Source of the DNA: Camelus dromedarius
Taxonomy: Eukaryota
Reading direction: 5' to 3'
Assembly (NCBI RefSeq): GCF_036321535.1
Contig: NC_087447.1
Location: 37,822,001-37,886,000 of the forward strand
DNA length: 64,000 bases
A model generated the notes under the pieces. That model did not search any database, was not told the origin of the DNA, and saw only the letters and a list, made by a program, of their open reading frames with translations. Shown in pieces: positions 13,723-28,590 of the stretch (positions within the stretch are counted from its first letter, which is position 1; each line of letters begins with the position of its first letter). The translations under genes and the position numbers were made by a program.

Positions 13723-14370
13723 GAAATCTGGGAATTTTTAATTGGCATTTATAAGGCAGAAATCCAGTTCTGCTCTAGGAAATGAATACTATATTGAACC
13801 ATCTATGCATATATAGATATCAGTTTGGGAAGTAGCTTTTCAGAGTGAGTTGGAGATAAAACCATGTATCTGGACAAAGATATCTTTTTTAATTTTGTTT
13901 TTAGCAAGCAACAGAGACTATGCTTCACTTTTCCAATAATCTGATTTATCTCTAGGTCAAAGGACCAGTTTGAAAGTGAGAATTCACCTGGGATTAAGAG
14001 ATAGTTGCTTAGGCAGAGTCTCATGAGAAAGTATCATGGTCCAAGGTTGTGGTCTCCTTTTCCAGTTTAATTTTACCCATGAATTCAAGTTGGTGGATCT
14101 CAAATTCTCAATAAATGATACAGAAGTCAGAAGATCAAATTTACTAATTTAGAGTAGAAAACCATGACTATGAAGGCTGATCAGATCTTCTAATTCCATG
14201 AAAATATACTAATTTACAATGGAGGATATACCTCCACTGTGAATACTATACTTGTTTCTGCTTCTTGGCAGCTGGTTAATCAAGAGGCAAATTTAGAAAT
14301 TAAAAATTACTTGGCAAGCACAGAAGCCGTATAAACCAGAAAGAGATTTCATTCATGATAAAACCCAATT

Positions 14371-15212
14371 AAAAAATGAAACTAGACCACTATCACACAC
14401 TATACACAAAAATCAACTCAAAATGGTTAAAGACTTGAATGCAAGAAATCATAAAAATCATAAAAACCTGAAATCATAACACTCCTAGAAGAAAACATAT
14501 GCAGTAAACTCTTTGACATGGATCTTAGTAATATCCTTCTAGATATTTCTTCTCAGGCAAGGGAAACAAAAACAAAAATAAACAAATGGGACTACATCAA
14601 ACTAAAAAGTTTCTGCACAGCAAAGGAAACCATCAACAAAGCAAAAAGACAATCTACCAAATGGGAGCAGATATTTGCAAATGATATATTCAATAAGGGG
14701 TTTATATCCAAATTATATAAAGAACTCACACAACTCAATGACAATAAAAACAATTAATTAAAAATGGGCAGAGAAGATGAATAGAAATTTTCCCAAAGAA
14801 GACATACAGATGATCAACAGGCACATGAAAAGATGTTTAATTATTAGGGAAACGCTAATCAAAACCACAATGAGATATCACTTCATGCCTTTTAGGATGT
14901 CTATTCTCAAAAAGGCAAGAAATAACAAGTGGTGAGGATGTAGAGAAAAGGGAGCCCTCATACACTATTGGTGGTCATATAAATTGGTGCAGCCACTGTG
15001 GGAAACAGTACAGAGATTCCTCAGAAAAATTAAGACTAGAACTACCACATGATCCAGCTACCCGACTTCCGAACATTTATCCAAAGAATACAACAACACT
15101 AATTCAAAAAGATATATGTCCCTCCATGTTCATCATGGCATTATTTACAATAGCCAAGATATGAAAACAACCCAAGTGTCCATAAACAGATAAATGGATA
15201 AAGATGTGGTAT

Positions 15213-15261
<49 letters not shown>

Positions 15262-15658
15262 TGGAATACTACTCAGCCATAAGAAAGATGAAGCTTTGCC
15301 ATTGGGCACAACATGGATGAACCTTGAGGGTATTATGCTAAGTGAAATAAGTTAGACAGAGAAAGACAAACACCATATGGTTTTATTCATATGGGATATA
15401 AAAAACAAACAAAAAGCAAAATAATTGAACAAACCAAACAGAAAAAAACATGTAGTACAGAGAACAGAGCAGTGGTTTTCAGAGGTAAAGAGGGAGGTAG
15501 GGGTGGGCAGGCAGTGAGCAAAGGGGGTCAACTGTATGGTGATGGATGGAAATAAAATTTTTGGTGGTAAGCATGCCATAGGGTATACAGAAGTAGAAAT
15601 ATAATGTTGTACACATGGCACTTATATAGTGTTGTATACCAATGTTACATCAATAATA
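14371..15658 (+). mobile_element. L1 3' portion (ORF2 C-terminus plus 3' UTR)
   Basis: KINKWDYIKLKSFCTAKETINK..RQ.T.WE.IFAN motif. The 3' UTR is similar to that at 61820-62260. Confidence 0.9.
15217..15258. repeat. (AC)21 microsatellite
   Basis: Direct read. Confidence 0.95.
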
Positions 15659-16215
15659 TTATAATCAGTATAAAGCACTAAGATAGCCAGCACCATTCAC
15701 TAGTTTTAACTACCGTCTTTTTAGGACACAACTTGGCTAATGGGTCTCTAGAGCCTTGCCCTCATACATTAGCACTGTGAAAAGAAGGAGCAAAGAGTGG
15801 AGTCTGAGATTTTCTTTTCCCGCTGCAATCAGCAATCTATAAGTCCTAGGAGTCCAGAGTCTCCTGAGATTATTAAGCAACCACAGAATTCGGAGGACAG
15901 GTTACCGGAGCTTTTGAAATCTTCCTCTTTGTGGGCTGTTCTTGTACTACTGCCATGGAAACAGACATCTCATTATTTTTGAACACATCAGTTTCACTTT
16001 AAATTAACTGCCATAAAAAAGAAGAAATTCTTTTCTTTGTGAATATAGCAAAATAATGTGACTTTCAGTCAAATTAATTTTATTCACAACCACAGGTCAA
16101 GATAAAATTCTTAAAATGTTTAAATTGTCCTGGATCACACAGCTTGTAGAGTACCATTTATATCCTAATAACTATCACATAGTATGTGAAGCACAGACAC
16201 CGCCCAGCCTTGCAG

Positions 16216-16239
16216 AAAAAAAAAAAAAAAAAAAAAAAA
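16216..16239. repeat. A24 homopolymer
   Basis: Direct read. Confidence 0.9.
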
Positions 16240-18999
16240 GCCAACAGAATCATGGATTTGCCATCTGTTCTTCTGATGAAAGCACACAGTAAATAAAGCT
16301 GAGTATTGCAAATAGCTCAAAGCAATGATTCACAATCTTTCCAAATATTTTTTGTTCTGTTTCCCACCCCCACCCTTCCAGCTTTTAAAACAGTCTCTGA
16401 GACCTGGTGGGTTATCAATATATACTTAATGGATGAATGCATAAATGAATAAAATTTTCAATTGCTACTTGCATGATAGAAGTGGCAATATTGCTTATTT
16501 CATCTTAAACAGTCACTGAAGCACATATGGATACCTGAGCCCTCTGAAATAATTCCTTGGCTCCTTTGTGATCCGCAGCCCAAAGATTGGAAACCACCGG
16601 TATCAAGGTTGTTTTATTCTCAAATAATCTCAGGACTGGAAAGTTATCTAAATGTATCTAAATATCTCTTCTCATTCAAATCCGGCCATTTTCAAACAAC
16701 TCAAATAAATCATATATTCCCACATTTTCTTTCCACTGGGCCCAGAAAGAATTTTCTGAGGATGGAACGTTTCAAGTGGTAATTGAATTCTCAATGAGAC
16801 TCTAGTTGTCATGAGGGCAGAGACATCTCTCCTCATTGCTAAAACACAAATTTCCAGTATAGTGGTTAGCACATTGTGGGTATCAAAGACTATCTGTTGA
16901 ATAATTGTTGAATCCCTGGATGAGTCAAGAATATGCCAGATATCTACTAGGCAGGTAGTCTAGAGAGGAGATTTAGGCATTGAAAGCATGTTGAACTTTA
17001 GGTAATCTGAAAGAGTTAAAAACAAACTTAATAGCCATATATCAGGTTATCATTGTCCCAGTGGAGTCTCCTCTTCTCCAAATTAAATTTCCAGTTTCTT
17101 TAACCTTCTTTTATATGATGTGATTTTGAATCTCTTCACCATCCAGAATTAGTATAATGCTACAGTTTAGAATAAAATATGAATACATTTATCTTGTCTT
17201 AATACTTATAATATTATAGACTAAGATTGCATTAGTTCCTTAGAGAACAGCATTTAGTCTCAACTTTGGTTTCAAGTGATAGAAAGCCAAGTGAAAGGAG
17301 CCTAAGCAAAAGAAAATGTATTGCAAAGATAAGGGATTTTGAAGGAAGTTTGTACAGAGGACAATAACTGGGATTAAAAATCTTATTTAACCTCTCTGAA
17401 AGGTCAGAAAGTCCAGAGGGGCAACTAGAACAAAGATGAGTTCCTTACAGGACTGAATCCTTCCAGGAAATGCAGGGACTTTCAGGTGCTATATCTCACA
17501 TCTCAATAACAGAAACCACCAAGTCTCTTCTCAGAGTTTCAGGTGACAAATCCTGAAAACAGACTTTGGCTGGCCAATCTGTCAGGTAACACCAGGGCCA
17601 ACTGGTGGTGGGTAATTTATTTTGACATGTCTAACCTGATGTATTATTGTTGCTCTCAGAGAGTGGAGGGGACAGTCAGACAGCCACTCTAGCTGATATC
17701 AACTACCCCGTCACATTGTCAACATAAATTAAAATCAAGAGTCATTAAAACTACTAAATATTTTTCACAAATGCATCTACAGAGCCATGTCACTCTCAAG
17801 CTTTCTGCACATATGCACAAGTAGCTTTTGGAGACCAAACTGCAAAGTGTTACATTTATTTGTCTTATGTTTTATTTATTAGAGATCATTTATCTCTCAA
17901 GCCTCTATTCATGTTCATTTTTTCCAAGGCCTGATGAAGAAATTCCAGTTCTCAAACTGTTGGTCGAAAAGAATTATATTACATTAAAATAGAAGGAAAT
18001 CATTAGACAAATGAATATGTAGAGAAAAAGATTTTGTAAAAGATTCAGAATGAAAATATATAATTATGTGGTTGTACATTGTTGGGTATATTTTGCATGC
18101 CCGTGTTTATGGTAGAAATAGAATGAATTGACTCAGTAGATAAAGGTGATTTAACTTAATAAGCGTAAAAAATATGTGTCAGTCAGCAAGACACTTGAAA
18201 GCAAAGCATGAGAAAAAGATAACATTTTTAATATTTTTCTATTAAAAGAGAAAGGGCAGATTTGATGTGGGTTTTGAAAGAAGCATGTGCAAAGGACAGT
18301 GACTGGGATTTTTTAAAGAATGGTTGCAATAGTAGATAAGTGAAGATTTTACCTGATAAGAATTTCTGGGACATGGTGCCTACCTGTTATTTATTCTACT
18401 GGTATGGTCATGACCAGCATGTATAAGACAAGTATTTGTAAATCCTCATTGGTTTTCTTGTGCCACTACTCAGCTTTTGTGCAGGGGAAATGGCATGGAT
18501 TGTATATGACAAAACATGCTTTCCAAATAGCATTAGGGAATAACTTGTAGTCCCAGAAATAATAAAAGCCTGAAATCTCCTTGCTGTCATTGAGGAAGAT
18601 AGAGACCAACCTGAAAAGAGTAGAATGGGGAATACACAGAAGCTAAAAATAGAATATTACTTCAAGTCAAAATTATTTTTTAAATTGTTCAATATTATTT
18701 TGCTGTATTTTGCTGTATTTTATTCTAGGAATGAAAATAATATGCCTGTTTATTCTAAAAACCATATTTAATAAAACACTTTTGTTTATTTAAAGCTAAA
18801 TGTTTGGAATTGTGATTTTTCTGAAACTACTTTTGAGAGGTATTTTAAAGAGACAAAAAATTAGACAACAAAGAAATTACTCATTCCTGGTAAAAAACAC
18901 AATGCTATCTATTTTAGTGGTTTAGAATTTCAGTTGACTGTGACAACAGATTTAAGGCATGTCAGCTGTTTGGTTCAGGGTTAGTGACACAGCCTGTAA

Positions 19000-19170
19000 G
19001 ATATGACACCCAGTGACGGAAATGTTCTTTATCTGTGCCATCCAGTACAGTAGCCATTAGCCACATGTGGCTACTGAGCACTTCAAAGGTGGTTGAGAAA
19101 CTTGGAAAGAGAATTTTTAATTATGTTTAATTTATAGGAAATTTAAAAACCACAAGTAGCTAGTGGAGAA
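19000..19170. mobile_element. MER3-like hAT-Charlie element
   Basis: GGAAATGTTCTTTATCTGTGCCATCCAGTACAGTAGCCATTAGCCACATGTGGCTACTGAGCACTT. Confidence 0.7.
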
Positions 19171-19459
19171 GGCAGTTAGTTATAATAGTTGACACCAGCA
19201 AGGAGGATTTTTTTCTTGTCTAAATTTCCACTAGAGGGCACCATCTACTTCAGCAGAAGTGGGAACAATATACATTTCACCATTTTCCATCAGGTGGTGG
19301 AAAACAATGAACAGGCACGTATTTCCGATTGTCTAAATATGTTTTAGATTCCTTATAGATTAGTGCTCAAAGCAGCCAGTCAGCTGGTCTATCTCTTCAT
19401 TTATGACTCTTTCTCCAGCCTCATTTCATGTACTACTAATGTGATTAGCAATGCTTTTA

Positions 19460-20308
19460 CTTTTTTTCCCAGCTTTATTAAGGTATAATCAATAAATAAA
19501 ATTACAATGTATTTAAAGTGTACAACCTGACTAGTTGAGATACTTGTACATTGTAAAGGGGTTATCACAACTGAGTTAATTAAGACATTTATCACTCTAC
19601 ATAGTTGCTTTTCTAAGAGAACAGTTAAGATCTATTCCCAGCAAATTTCAAGTATACAATGCAGTATTATTAGCTATAGCCACCAAGCTGTACATTAGAT
19701 CCTCAGAACTTATGCATCTTATAACTGAAATTTTGTGCCACTTGACCAGTATCAACACATTTCACGCACCCCCTGGAAATCACAATTTTGTTCTATGTGT
19801 CCATGATTTTGACTTTTTTTTTTTAAGGTTCTACACATACAAGCCATGCAATATTTGTCTTTCTCTTTCTGGCTAATCTCACTTAGCTTAATGACTTCCA
19901 GGTATACTCACATTGTCACAAATTGCAGGTATTCTTTCTTAATATCCCATACAGCATAATGATTCATATTCTTTTTTATATTCTTTTATTATAGGTTATT
20001 ACAGAACATTGTGGTTTATCTGTTTTAAATACAGTAGTTTGTATCTGCAAATCCCAAACTCCTAATTTATCCTTCCCCTACCCCTTTCTCCTTTGGTAAC
20101 CATGAGTTTTTTCTCTATATCTGTGAGTCTGTTTCTGTTTTGTAAATAAGTTCATTTGTGTCCTTTTTTTAGATTCCACATATAAGTGATGTCATATGGT
20201 TTTTGTCTTTTTCTGGCTTATTTCACTTAGTATGATAATCTCTAGGTCTATCCATTTGTTGCTGCAAATGGCATTATTTCATTCTTTTTTATGGCTGAGT
20301 AGTAGTCC

Positions 20309-20348
<40 letters not shown>

Positions 20349-21360
20349 CAATTTCTATATATATACCACAACTTCTTTATCCATTCATCTATTGATGGAC
20401 ATTTAGGGTTGCTTCCATGTCTTGGCTATTGTAAATAGTGCTGCTATGAACACTGGGGTGCGTGTATCTTTTCGAGTTAGAGTTTTCTCCAGATATATGT
20501 TCATGAGTGGGATTGCTGGATCATAGGGTAAGTCAATTTTAAGTTTTTTAAGGTATTTCTGTTCCTTTCTGAGGAATCACTGTTTTCCATAGTGGCTACC
20601 CAAAATTACATTTCCACCAACAGGTAGGAGGGTTCTCTTTTCTCCACACCCTCTTCAGCATTTATTATTTATGGACTTTTTAAGTGATGGCCATTCTGAC
20701 TGGTGGGAGGTGATACCTTATTGCTATATTGAGCATCTTTTCATGTGCCTATTGACCATCTGTATGCCTTCACTGGAGAAATGTCTGTTTAGGTCTTCTG
20801 CCCATTTTTTATTGGGTTTTTTGTTGGATCATATTATTTTTTCTTTCATTTTGTTAATGTGGTATATTACATTTATTGATTTGCAAATGTTGACCCTTCC
20901 TTGCATCCAGGGATAAGTCCTACTTAACTATGATGTGTGATCCTTTTAATGTGCTGTTGAGTATGGTTTGCTAGTATTTTGCTGAGAATTTTGCATCTTT
21001 GCTTATCAGGGATATTGGCTTGTAATTTTCTTTTCCTGTAGCATATTTGTCTGGTTTTAGGGTAATGATAGCCACATAAAATCAGTTTAGAAGTACTCCC
21101 TCTTCTTTAATTTTTTGGAAGAATTTGAGAAAGATTGGCATTAATTCTTCATTAAATGTTTGGTAGAAATGATCAGTGAAGCCATCTGGTCCTGGACTTT
21201 TTTTATTAGGATATTTTTGATTATTGATCTACTCTCCTCACTCATTGATTTGTTCAAATTTTTCATTTCTTCATGATCAGTCTTGGTAAGTTGTATGTTT
21301 CTAGGAATTTATCCACTTCCTCCAGGTGATCTAATTTATTGGCATGTAATTGTTCATAGT
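19460..21360 (-). mobile_element. Nested L1 fragments: older L1MA-type 3' end, younger lineage-specific L1 at ~19950-20820, ORF2 piece at ~20830-21360
   Basis: L1 3' UTR and antisense ORF2 motifs. The younger part is similar to 12430-13380. Confidence 0.8.
20311..20344. repeat. (TG)17 microsatellite
   Basis: Direct read. Confidence 0.95.
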
Positions 21361-24300
21361 ACAGCATCTCAGTGTGGCTGGGGAAGTGCCCACAAGCTCT
21401 TTCAGGCTCCAAGGAGGATCCCGGTCAGCTCCCACATGCAGGTTGATTAGAAACCCAACTTTCAGGCAGCATTTGGGAAAGTGTGCAGTCTAACCCCTTC
21501 CAGGGAGAAATTGAAAGCTTTGAGTTTTTGCCTGCTCCCTCTGTGATGAACCTAGAGGATAGCCTGGGAAGTGCTCACAGACCCATTTAAAAACCACCTC
21601 TTTGTTGAATGTGGTCCCAAGAGACTGGCCAGTGCTGAGCCTCTCTGGCTCTCACATGTAAAAGTTGGGGCAGTAAATGCATAGTCCAAAATCTTCACTC
21701 CTCAGAGAGAAATAGATTTGGTGGGTCCTTCCCAACTGTAAGGTGCTGTGCCAGGGTACTTGATGAACTTACAGGTTCCTGGGCCTTATCCATCAAAGAT
21801 CCTCCCTCTGGTTGGTCTAGAAATCTGCATTATTTTTCAGATGCACCTCCAGGTCATTTGCAAGCAGGACAACACTTTAAAAACTGTAGTTTTCTCCTTT
21901 CAATTCCCATTGCCACTACTTAAAATGGAGTCCTTATCATTTCTTGCCTGACTTACATCCAAGTCTCTAAATTTAGATGTTTCACCCTTTCCTAATCTAT
22001 TTCCAATCCCTGATCACACATAGTGAGAGGTGTTCACTGTGTAGCCTAAAACACTCCATTGCTCCCCATTGTATTGGATAAAGTCCAAACTCTTGACCAC
22101 GCACTAAGGCCCTCTGCCATCTAACCCATCTTCTTCCACTTGAAGACCTTTTCATTCCCCCTCCCTTCTCTTAACACCTTTCCCCCATTTCTCACAGTTA
22201 CCTTAGCCTGTAGTGTGTCTCTCATCCTTCAAGGGGGGCCTTCTTTGCGCTGAGTTGAGAGCCCTTCCCCTATATCATCTCACTCCTCCTGCACTTACTC
22301 TTATTAGAGGATCTATTACAGTGTACTGTGATGGTTTTGTAGTCCACCAAGTCTTTCCGCAAGAATGGCACTTTAGGTCAAAGACCCAGACTTAAGAGAA
22401 ATGTTTCCTCTCACAGTAGGCTGCCCACAGAGCCCAGACTGGATTTCCCAGGGTATATGGAAACTGGTCAGTAGCTGTATGAACCTGACCCAAGACAGGG
22501 ACTGCCATTCCTGCCAGGAAATGACAAGAGGTGGAGGTGGGGGCCCAGTGGCAGTTCTCTAAGTCTGGGGTCTGGCTCTAGAATCCAGCACTGAGTCTGA
22601 CCTAAAGCTCAGTCTGAAGCATGGGTCTTGGTGAGTCATGCTGTCCCCTGGGCACAGGGCTTTGGAGGCCTCCATCCGTGAAGGCCTATTCCTAGAACCT
22701 GGACACCAATCTCATGGTCTTCCCTGGGTGTGGCCTTCTTGGGAAAGCTTGTAGAATAGAAACTAAGCACACAATTTTCAAAGCAGGCAGGATTGAGTTT
22801 GGGGACAAACATAACCTGGATTTGATTCCCATCTCAGAAATGTACTAGCTGCCTTACCTCAGACAAATTACTTAACACCCCATAGGCTGTTTCCTTATCT
22901 GCCATATGGAGATAATTAAAAAAAATATAAAATCCAGATAGCCTTCTTCATATGATTAAATTGCACAATGACTGAAATGGGTTTAATACACAGTGCCAGA
23001 CGTAGAAAGTGTTCAGTATACAGAGGAAGGGGAAAATTGCTTGGTTCCCTGTTCTGTTCCTGCCACTAACTTTGGCACCCAGGGCTGCTGATACAAAGTG
23101 TTGGCTCCACACTCCTCTCATTGGAGATGGAGCTGGCTTCACATCATCTTTCTTAGGCATGTTTCAATTTGGTTTCTTCACTTAAAAAATGAAAAGGACT
23201 AGAATTAACATTCATTGAGAGCTTATTCCATGCTAAGACCTTTGCATTTAATATTTTATTTAACAGAAGTACCCTGTAAATTTGGTACAATTATGTCTAC
23301 TTTTTCAGAAAATTTAAACTAAGTGAGATTATTACAAGTCCACATGGCTCAGTACAGTAATTTTAAATAATTTTGCTCACTATCCTCTTTTAGGCGATAT
23401 CTAAAATGTTTCTCATAAGTTTAAAGAGTTGTAAAATCTGTACTTTCCAGTATATTGCAAATATCAACATTTTAAAGCTGTTATATTGCTCTTTTAAATA
23501 GGTCCATTGGAATCTAAATACCATAGCAATGTATAATGACATCATCAATTTAAAAAATAAAAGAACAGGTTCTTCTTTAAATGTCAGAAATTTTACATTG
23601 TTCTTCTTCCCTTGAATTTTATCATAACACAGTACATTTTATGCCTGAGAGTCTTTTGCTTGACCCATTATATTCTTCTCTGAAAAAAGAGATGAATATA
23701 TTTTTATTTCCTGTATCTATAATACTCCAAGTATAAAATTTTCTTCTGAAATAAATTTTCATTACAAATATTAATAATAGAATCAATTAAACATTATATA
23801 TTGGTTATATTTTTGTTATATAATTATTAAATATTTAAAGTAGATTTTTCCTAGAACTGCATCTCTTAACAAGATAGACAGGATATCTTTTAATCAGTTG
23901 TAGTATCTATGGACAATTCTTAATTACTACTAAAATAAAAAAAATGCTCAGATGCACCCATCTATTCATTCTATTCCTATTTTTACAGTTGTTTTAATCG
24001 ACGTAAGAACTATGACACATCATTCACATAAAAAGTGAGAATGGGAGTGGAAGAAATTTTGTCACAGCAATATCATAATTCTTTGAATTACTTCTGCATT
24101 AAATACCAGAAACCACCAAGTGATTAAGCTTCAAAAATAATTTTTAATGATTTGTAAGAAAGTATCTTGAATAGGTTCTTTGTCAGTTTTGTTAAAAACA
24201 AATAATTGGAAAGCAACTGACTTGCCAAATATTTTTTAACCCAATCTTTAGAGATTTATTTTCTCGATCCCAGCACCAAAAATTCCAAATTACCCTTTTG

Positions 24301-27300
24301 TCATGCCAGAGGTTTTGCACTCTGAGAAGAGTGAACCACAGTAAATAAAAGATATTCTTTCCTTCCAAAATGATTCTACTTTTCCTTGGATATGCTGGTC
24401 CCTTTTATATGAGTCAATTTGGATAGATGGTTATTTTGAAACACTTTATCCAGGTTTGGAGTCAAATAATCACTTTTCTGTCCAATTGAATCTTGCATTT
24501 ATTTTTCAAATTCTTTTCAGTTGGCTCTAGATATATCCCTAAAGATATTTTAATGTCTTTTCCTCAAGCATATAAATTCCTCTCATGCATTACCTGGCCA
24601 ACACTTTAAAGTTGTGGTAATGACAGTGAGCAAAAAATGAGATGTAGTTTTATAGCTACATATAGATATGCATGTTTTCGTGTGTGTGAAAAAGATGAAC
24701 TCAGCAACTTGCAGAATTTGCATGGAGTTTACATTTACTCTCTAGTTAAGTGGCACTGAGGTGATCATTTAGCGCTTGGCAAGAGCTTTAATTAAAAGGG
24801 TCAAGGTAGTCATCAATATCCTTCCAATGACCTTTAGACATTTAACCATGTCCCAAGAAAGCTACATTATCTGTGTGATTTATAAAGAAGTTACCTTTTC
24901 TTTAAGATTATTTCAGAGCTTTACCATAATTATTTTTTATTCACCAGGTAATAAGCCAGTTACAAGGTAGAAACTCCTTGCTTAAAAAAATTAACAAAAC
25001 AAACAAAAAACCTTGATGGCACTAATAGACCGTTTGGAGGAGGGGAGAAATTACTTCAAAGATGTAAGGAGCTTTCTTTGTCAAACTGTGGTCAAAATCA
25101 TACATTCTAATAAATGCTATAAGGGGAAAGACCAGCATCCTGGGAGAAAAGTAACAGTGGAGTCCTAATTTAGATTGGAGTATAAGAGAAGTCCTCTCTA
25201 AGTAACTAACACTTAGGTCAAGAACCAAGGGATAAACAGACCTCAGAAAAGTGATAGAAAGAAACATCTAAACCACCAACAGGAAAAGAAAAACAATTCT
25301 CAGATAAAGTGAGAGAAATACCAAGGAGAATTTACTCAAAGGAAACAAACAATCCAGAAAGTAAGCAAGAACTGTCAAAAAATGCAGTCTGAAAAAATAA
25401 CATAACATGAGATACAAAAACAAATTACCTACAAGTGCTGAGATTTATAGAACTACTTAGTAAACATGAATTCAGTAAAATGAAAGCTTAAACACTAAAT
25501 GGAAAATGAAGTGTCAGAATGGAAAGAAAAACAGAAATTTTAAAGCTATGGAAATAAAAAGGGATCCAAACAACACTATCCATAGACTAGAAATTGCATG
25601 GACAGGACCAATACAGCTAAAATTCATGTGAAGGCAAATGAAAAACTTAATATAATAATGGTGAATGAACAGAAAGACAGAGAATAAAACAAATGATGTA
25701 AAAAAACATAGACATAGAGGTCAGAGAAAGACAATCTCATATTAAAATATTAAGATGTTTAGATGTCCCTAAAATAATGAACACAACAAAGAGAATATAT
25801 ATATAAGAGAATATATATATATTCCTTGCAATAAAAAAAGTAAATCTGCAAATCAAAATATGCACATTAATACAGCATACCACATACACCCTCAACAAAA
25901 AATTATACAGGGCACCAATGACAGATCCTAATTATTATTGAACTTTAAGGATAAAAACAGAAGTCTTCAGACACATGAGAAAAAATTAAAATGAAATTAC
26001 TTAATAGTGAGCTGGATATCAGACTGGCTTCCAACAGTGACATTCAATGGCAGAAGACAATGGAGAAATGTCTATAAATTAAAAGGGAAAATGGGTGTGA
26101 TTCACAAATATTAAACCCACATAAGTTATCTTTCAAGTAAAAAGGTTAAAAGATGTTTTCAAACATGAAACTCTCTGGTCACATAGCACCCATGAGCCCC
26201 CTCCTCAACAGAAAGCACCTCAGATTGATAAAATCAGCTAAGCAAAAGCTGATTCAAAATTAAGAACCCTAAGAGGTAAAATGACAAGTATTGATCACCA
26301 TATAAACATATGAACTACGACTAAACCACTAGGGAAAAATTATTCCAGAAGACAATGGAAATACTATGATTTAATGTGCTTACAATCATGAGGGAGAAAA
26401 ATGGGTTGAGACTTACTCTTCAACCATGAACAATTAGAAAACTGATCAAATATATATAGAATAAATGATTCTGGACATTGGACAATAACCAGTGAAGGAC
26501 TGTGATCCCTAAAAGAAAGGAAGTAACAATATGAACCATACAGTAGTCCCAGCTTTCAGAAAGTAGACAATTTTTGGCCCAGGGGTGCAGGTAGGGGGAA
26601 CTAGAACAAAGTCTGAATAGTTTTCTCTGAGTTAAGGAGACAGGTAATAGAGTTTAGAGTAGCCCGAGTAATTAGAATTTGCAGAGTAGAATACATCAGA
26701 GAAGGGTTATTCAGAAACAAATCTAAGATATCTATCTGAATATGGATCTCTGTCAACCTTTGACTGAATACTAATGTGTCTGTACACAACATAAAATTCA
26801 ACAAGACTGCATGAAAGACAACATGTGGAGAAAAAACAATTGCCACAGAGTAGAAGTCAAACAATGTCATAGTTTATATAGGGTGAGGACTATTCAAGTT
26901 TCTTCTAGCTAGAGCATAAACACTTGCTAAGTGCACAAGACATTTACTAGTGACCCTAGAAGTGTCACATTTGAGGCTAAACTGGTACTACAGGAATACC
27001 TACTCTAATCATACCCTTAAAAAGCTCAGAAAGCCTTAAAGTAGGCCTAGAAAATACCAAACTGAATCATGAGTAATTTAATTGCTTACTAGAGCAAAAC
27101 CACACCCTTTAAAGAAACACAACAAAATCCAGGACTTAACAGTGAAATATTTACAATGTCCAGGATCTAACTAAAAATGGTTAGACATGCAAAGACAGAG
27201 ATAAACATGGCCAAGAGAAAAAATGATTTTATAGAAACAGATGCAGAAATGACAAAATTGATACAATTAGTAACAAGAATGATAAAATAACTTTTATAAA

Positions 27301-27991
27301 TATGTTCAATATGCTTAAGAGCTTAAAAACATGAATATAATGAGAAGAGAAACCATAAAAAAACACAAATGGAACTGCAAGGGAAGAAAGATAAAAATAA
27401 GATACCTGATGTGAAAATTACACTGAATAAAATTAACCACATATTAGACATAAAGGATTAAAAAGGTTAGTGAACTAGGAGACAAAGCAATAGAAAATAT
27501 CCAAAATGAAGCACACAGAGGAAAAAAATAAACATAAATAGGAGAGCCTAAGTAATCTTAGAAACAGTATCAAGCAGTCTAACATACATGTAACTGAGGT
27601 CTCACAAAGAGAGGAAAAGGAGGAGAGAAAAAAATTCTTGAAAACATAATAGTAGAGGTTTAAAATACACAAAGCTAAAACATGACAATATTGAAAAAAA
27701 TAGATAAGTCTAAAATTATAGTTGTAGAATCCCAAACTCTTCTCTCAGTAATTAATATAAAAAGTAGGAATATTCAAAAAAGGAATACAGAAGATCTGAA
27801 TGACACTATCAAAGAACTTGAACTACTAGACATTTCTAGAAAACTACCCACCAGCAGTAGACTTCCTAGCCTTTCCAAGTAAACATGGAGCACTTACCAA
27901 GATAGAACTCATGCTAGACCAATAACAAAATCTCAATACATTTTAAAAGATTGAAATCATGAGGGAATTAAATTAAAAATTACTAACTTAA

Positions 27992-28590
27992 TACTGAATA
28001 TTACTTGTGCATGGAGTACATCATGCTTACTGTTTTTATTGGACTTACTCCTACCTTTCTTTTTATTCAGTAATAATTATTGCAGAAGAAAATAGGGAAA
28101 ACTAAAAATGAAAAAGAAATTGGTGCAGTGTAGGAACAACTAAGGAAGAAGAAAAATAAATGGATGATGGACATTTACTAGATGATTGGAGTTGTTTTTA
28201 TAAGCAGACTCAGTAGTTGTTAAGTCTGTACTGAGACTCAATATTCATTTGTTCTGTTAAATTAAAAAATATTTAGCTTGTTCAACTGTGTAGACCTATT
28301 AAAGTTTTTCTGTAGTAATATTGTAGGAAAGCACTGGATTGAATGTTGATCATATTCCTCTGCTTTTGTCCTTTTTGCTATTTGTTTAAAAAAGGAGGCA
28401 ATGTTTGTGTTTTTAGGATTAATTTATACTAATTTGGACTTTGCTTTTCAGAAATTATCATTGATTGTTTTGACTTCGCTTAGGAAATACATACTCATAA
28501 GTGAAGTTAAATACCTCTCTCATGTAAAACTTAAGAAAATTCTATGCTATTAATATCTTCAGAATAAAGATGCTTAATATTAAAAAAAAG
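27992..28590 (+). pseudogene. Processed retrocopy (mRNA 3' end, parent gene not identified) inserted in L1 ORF2
   Basis: 15-bp TSD AAATTACTAACTTAA (27977-27991, 28591-28605), AATAAA at 28563-28568, A tail at 28582-28589. The insert does not look like L1. Confidence 0.75.

Noticed and set aside
23340..24320. AT-rich block resembling a Charlie transposon remnant
   Set aside because: No terminal inverted repeats or transposase motifs could be confirmed by eye.
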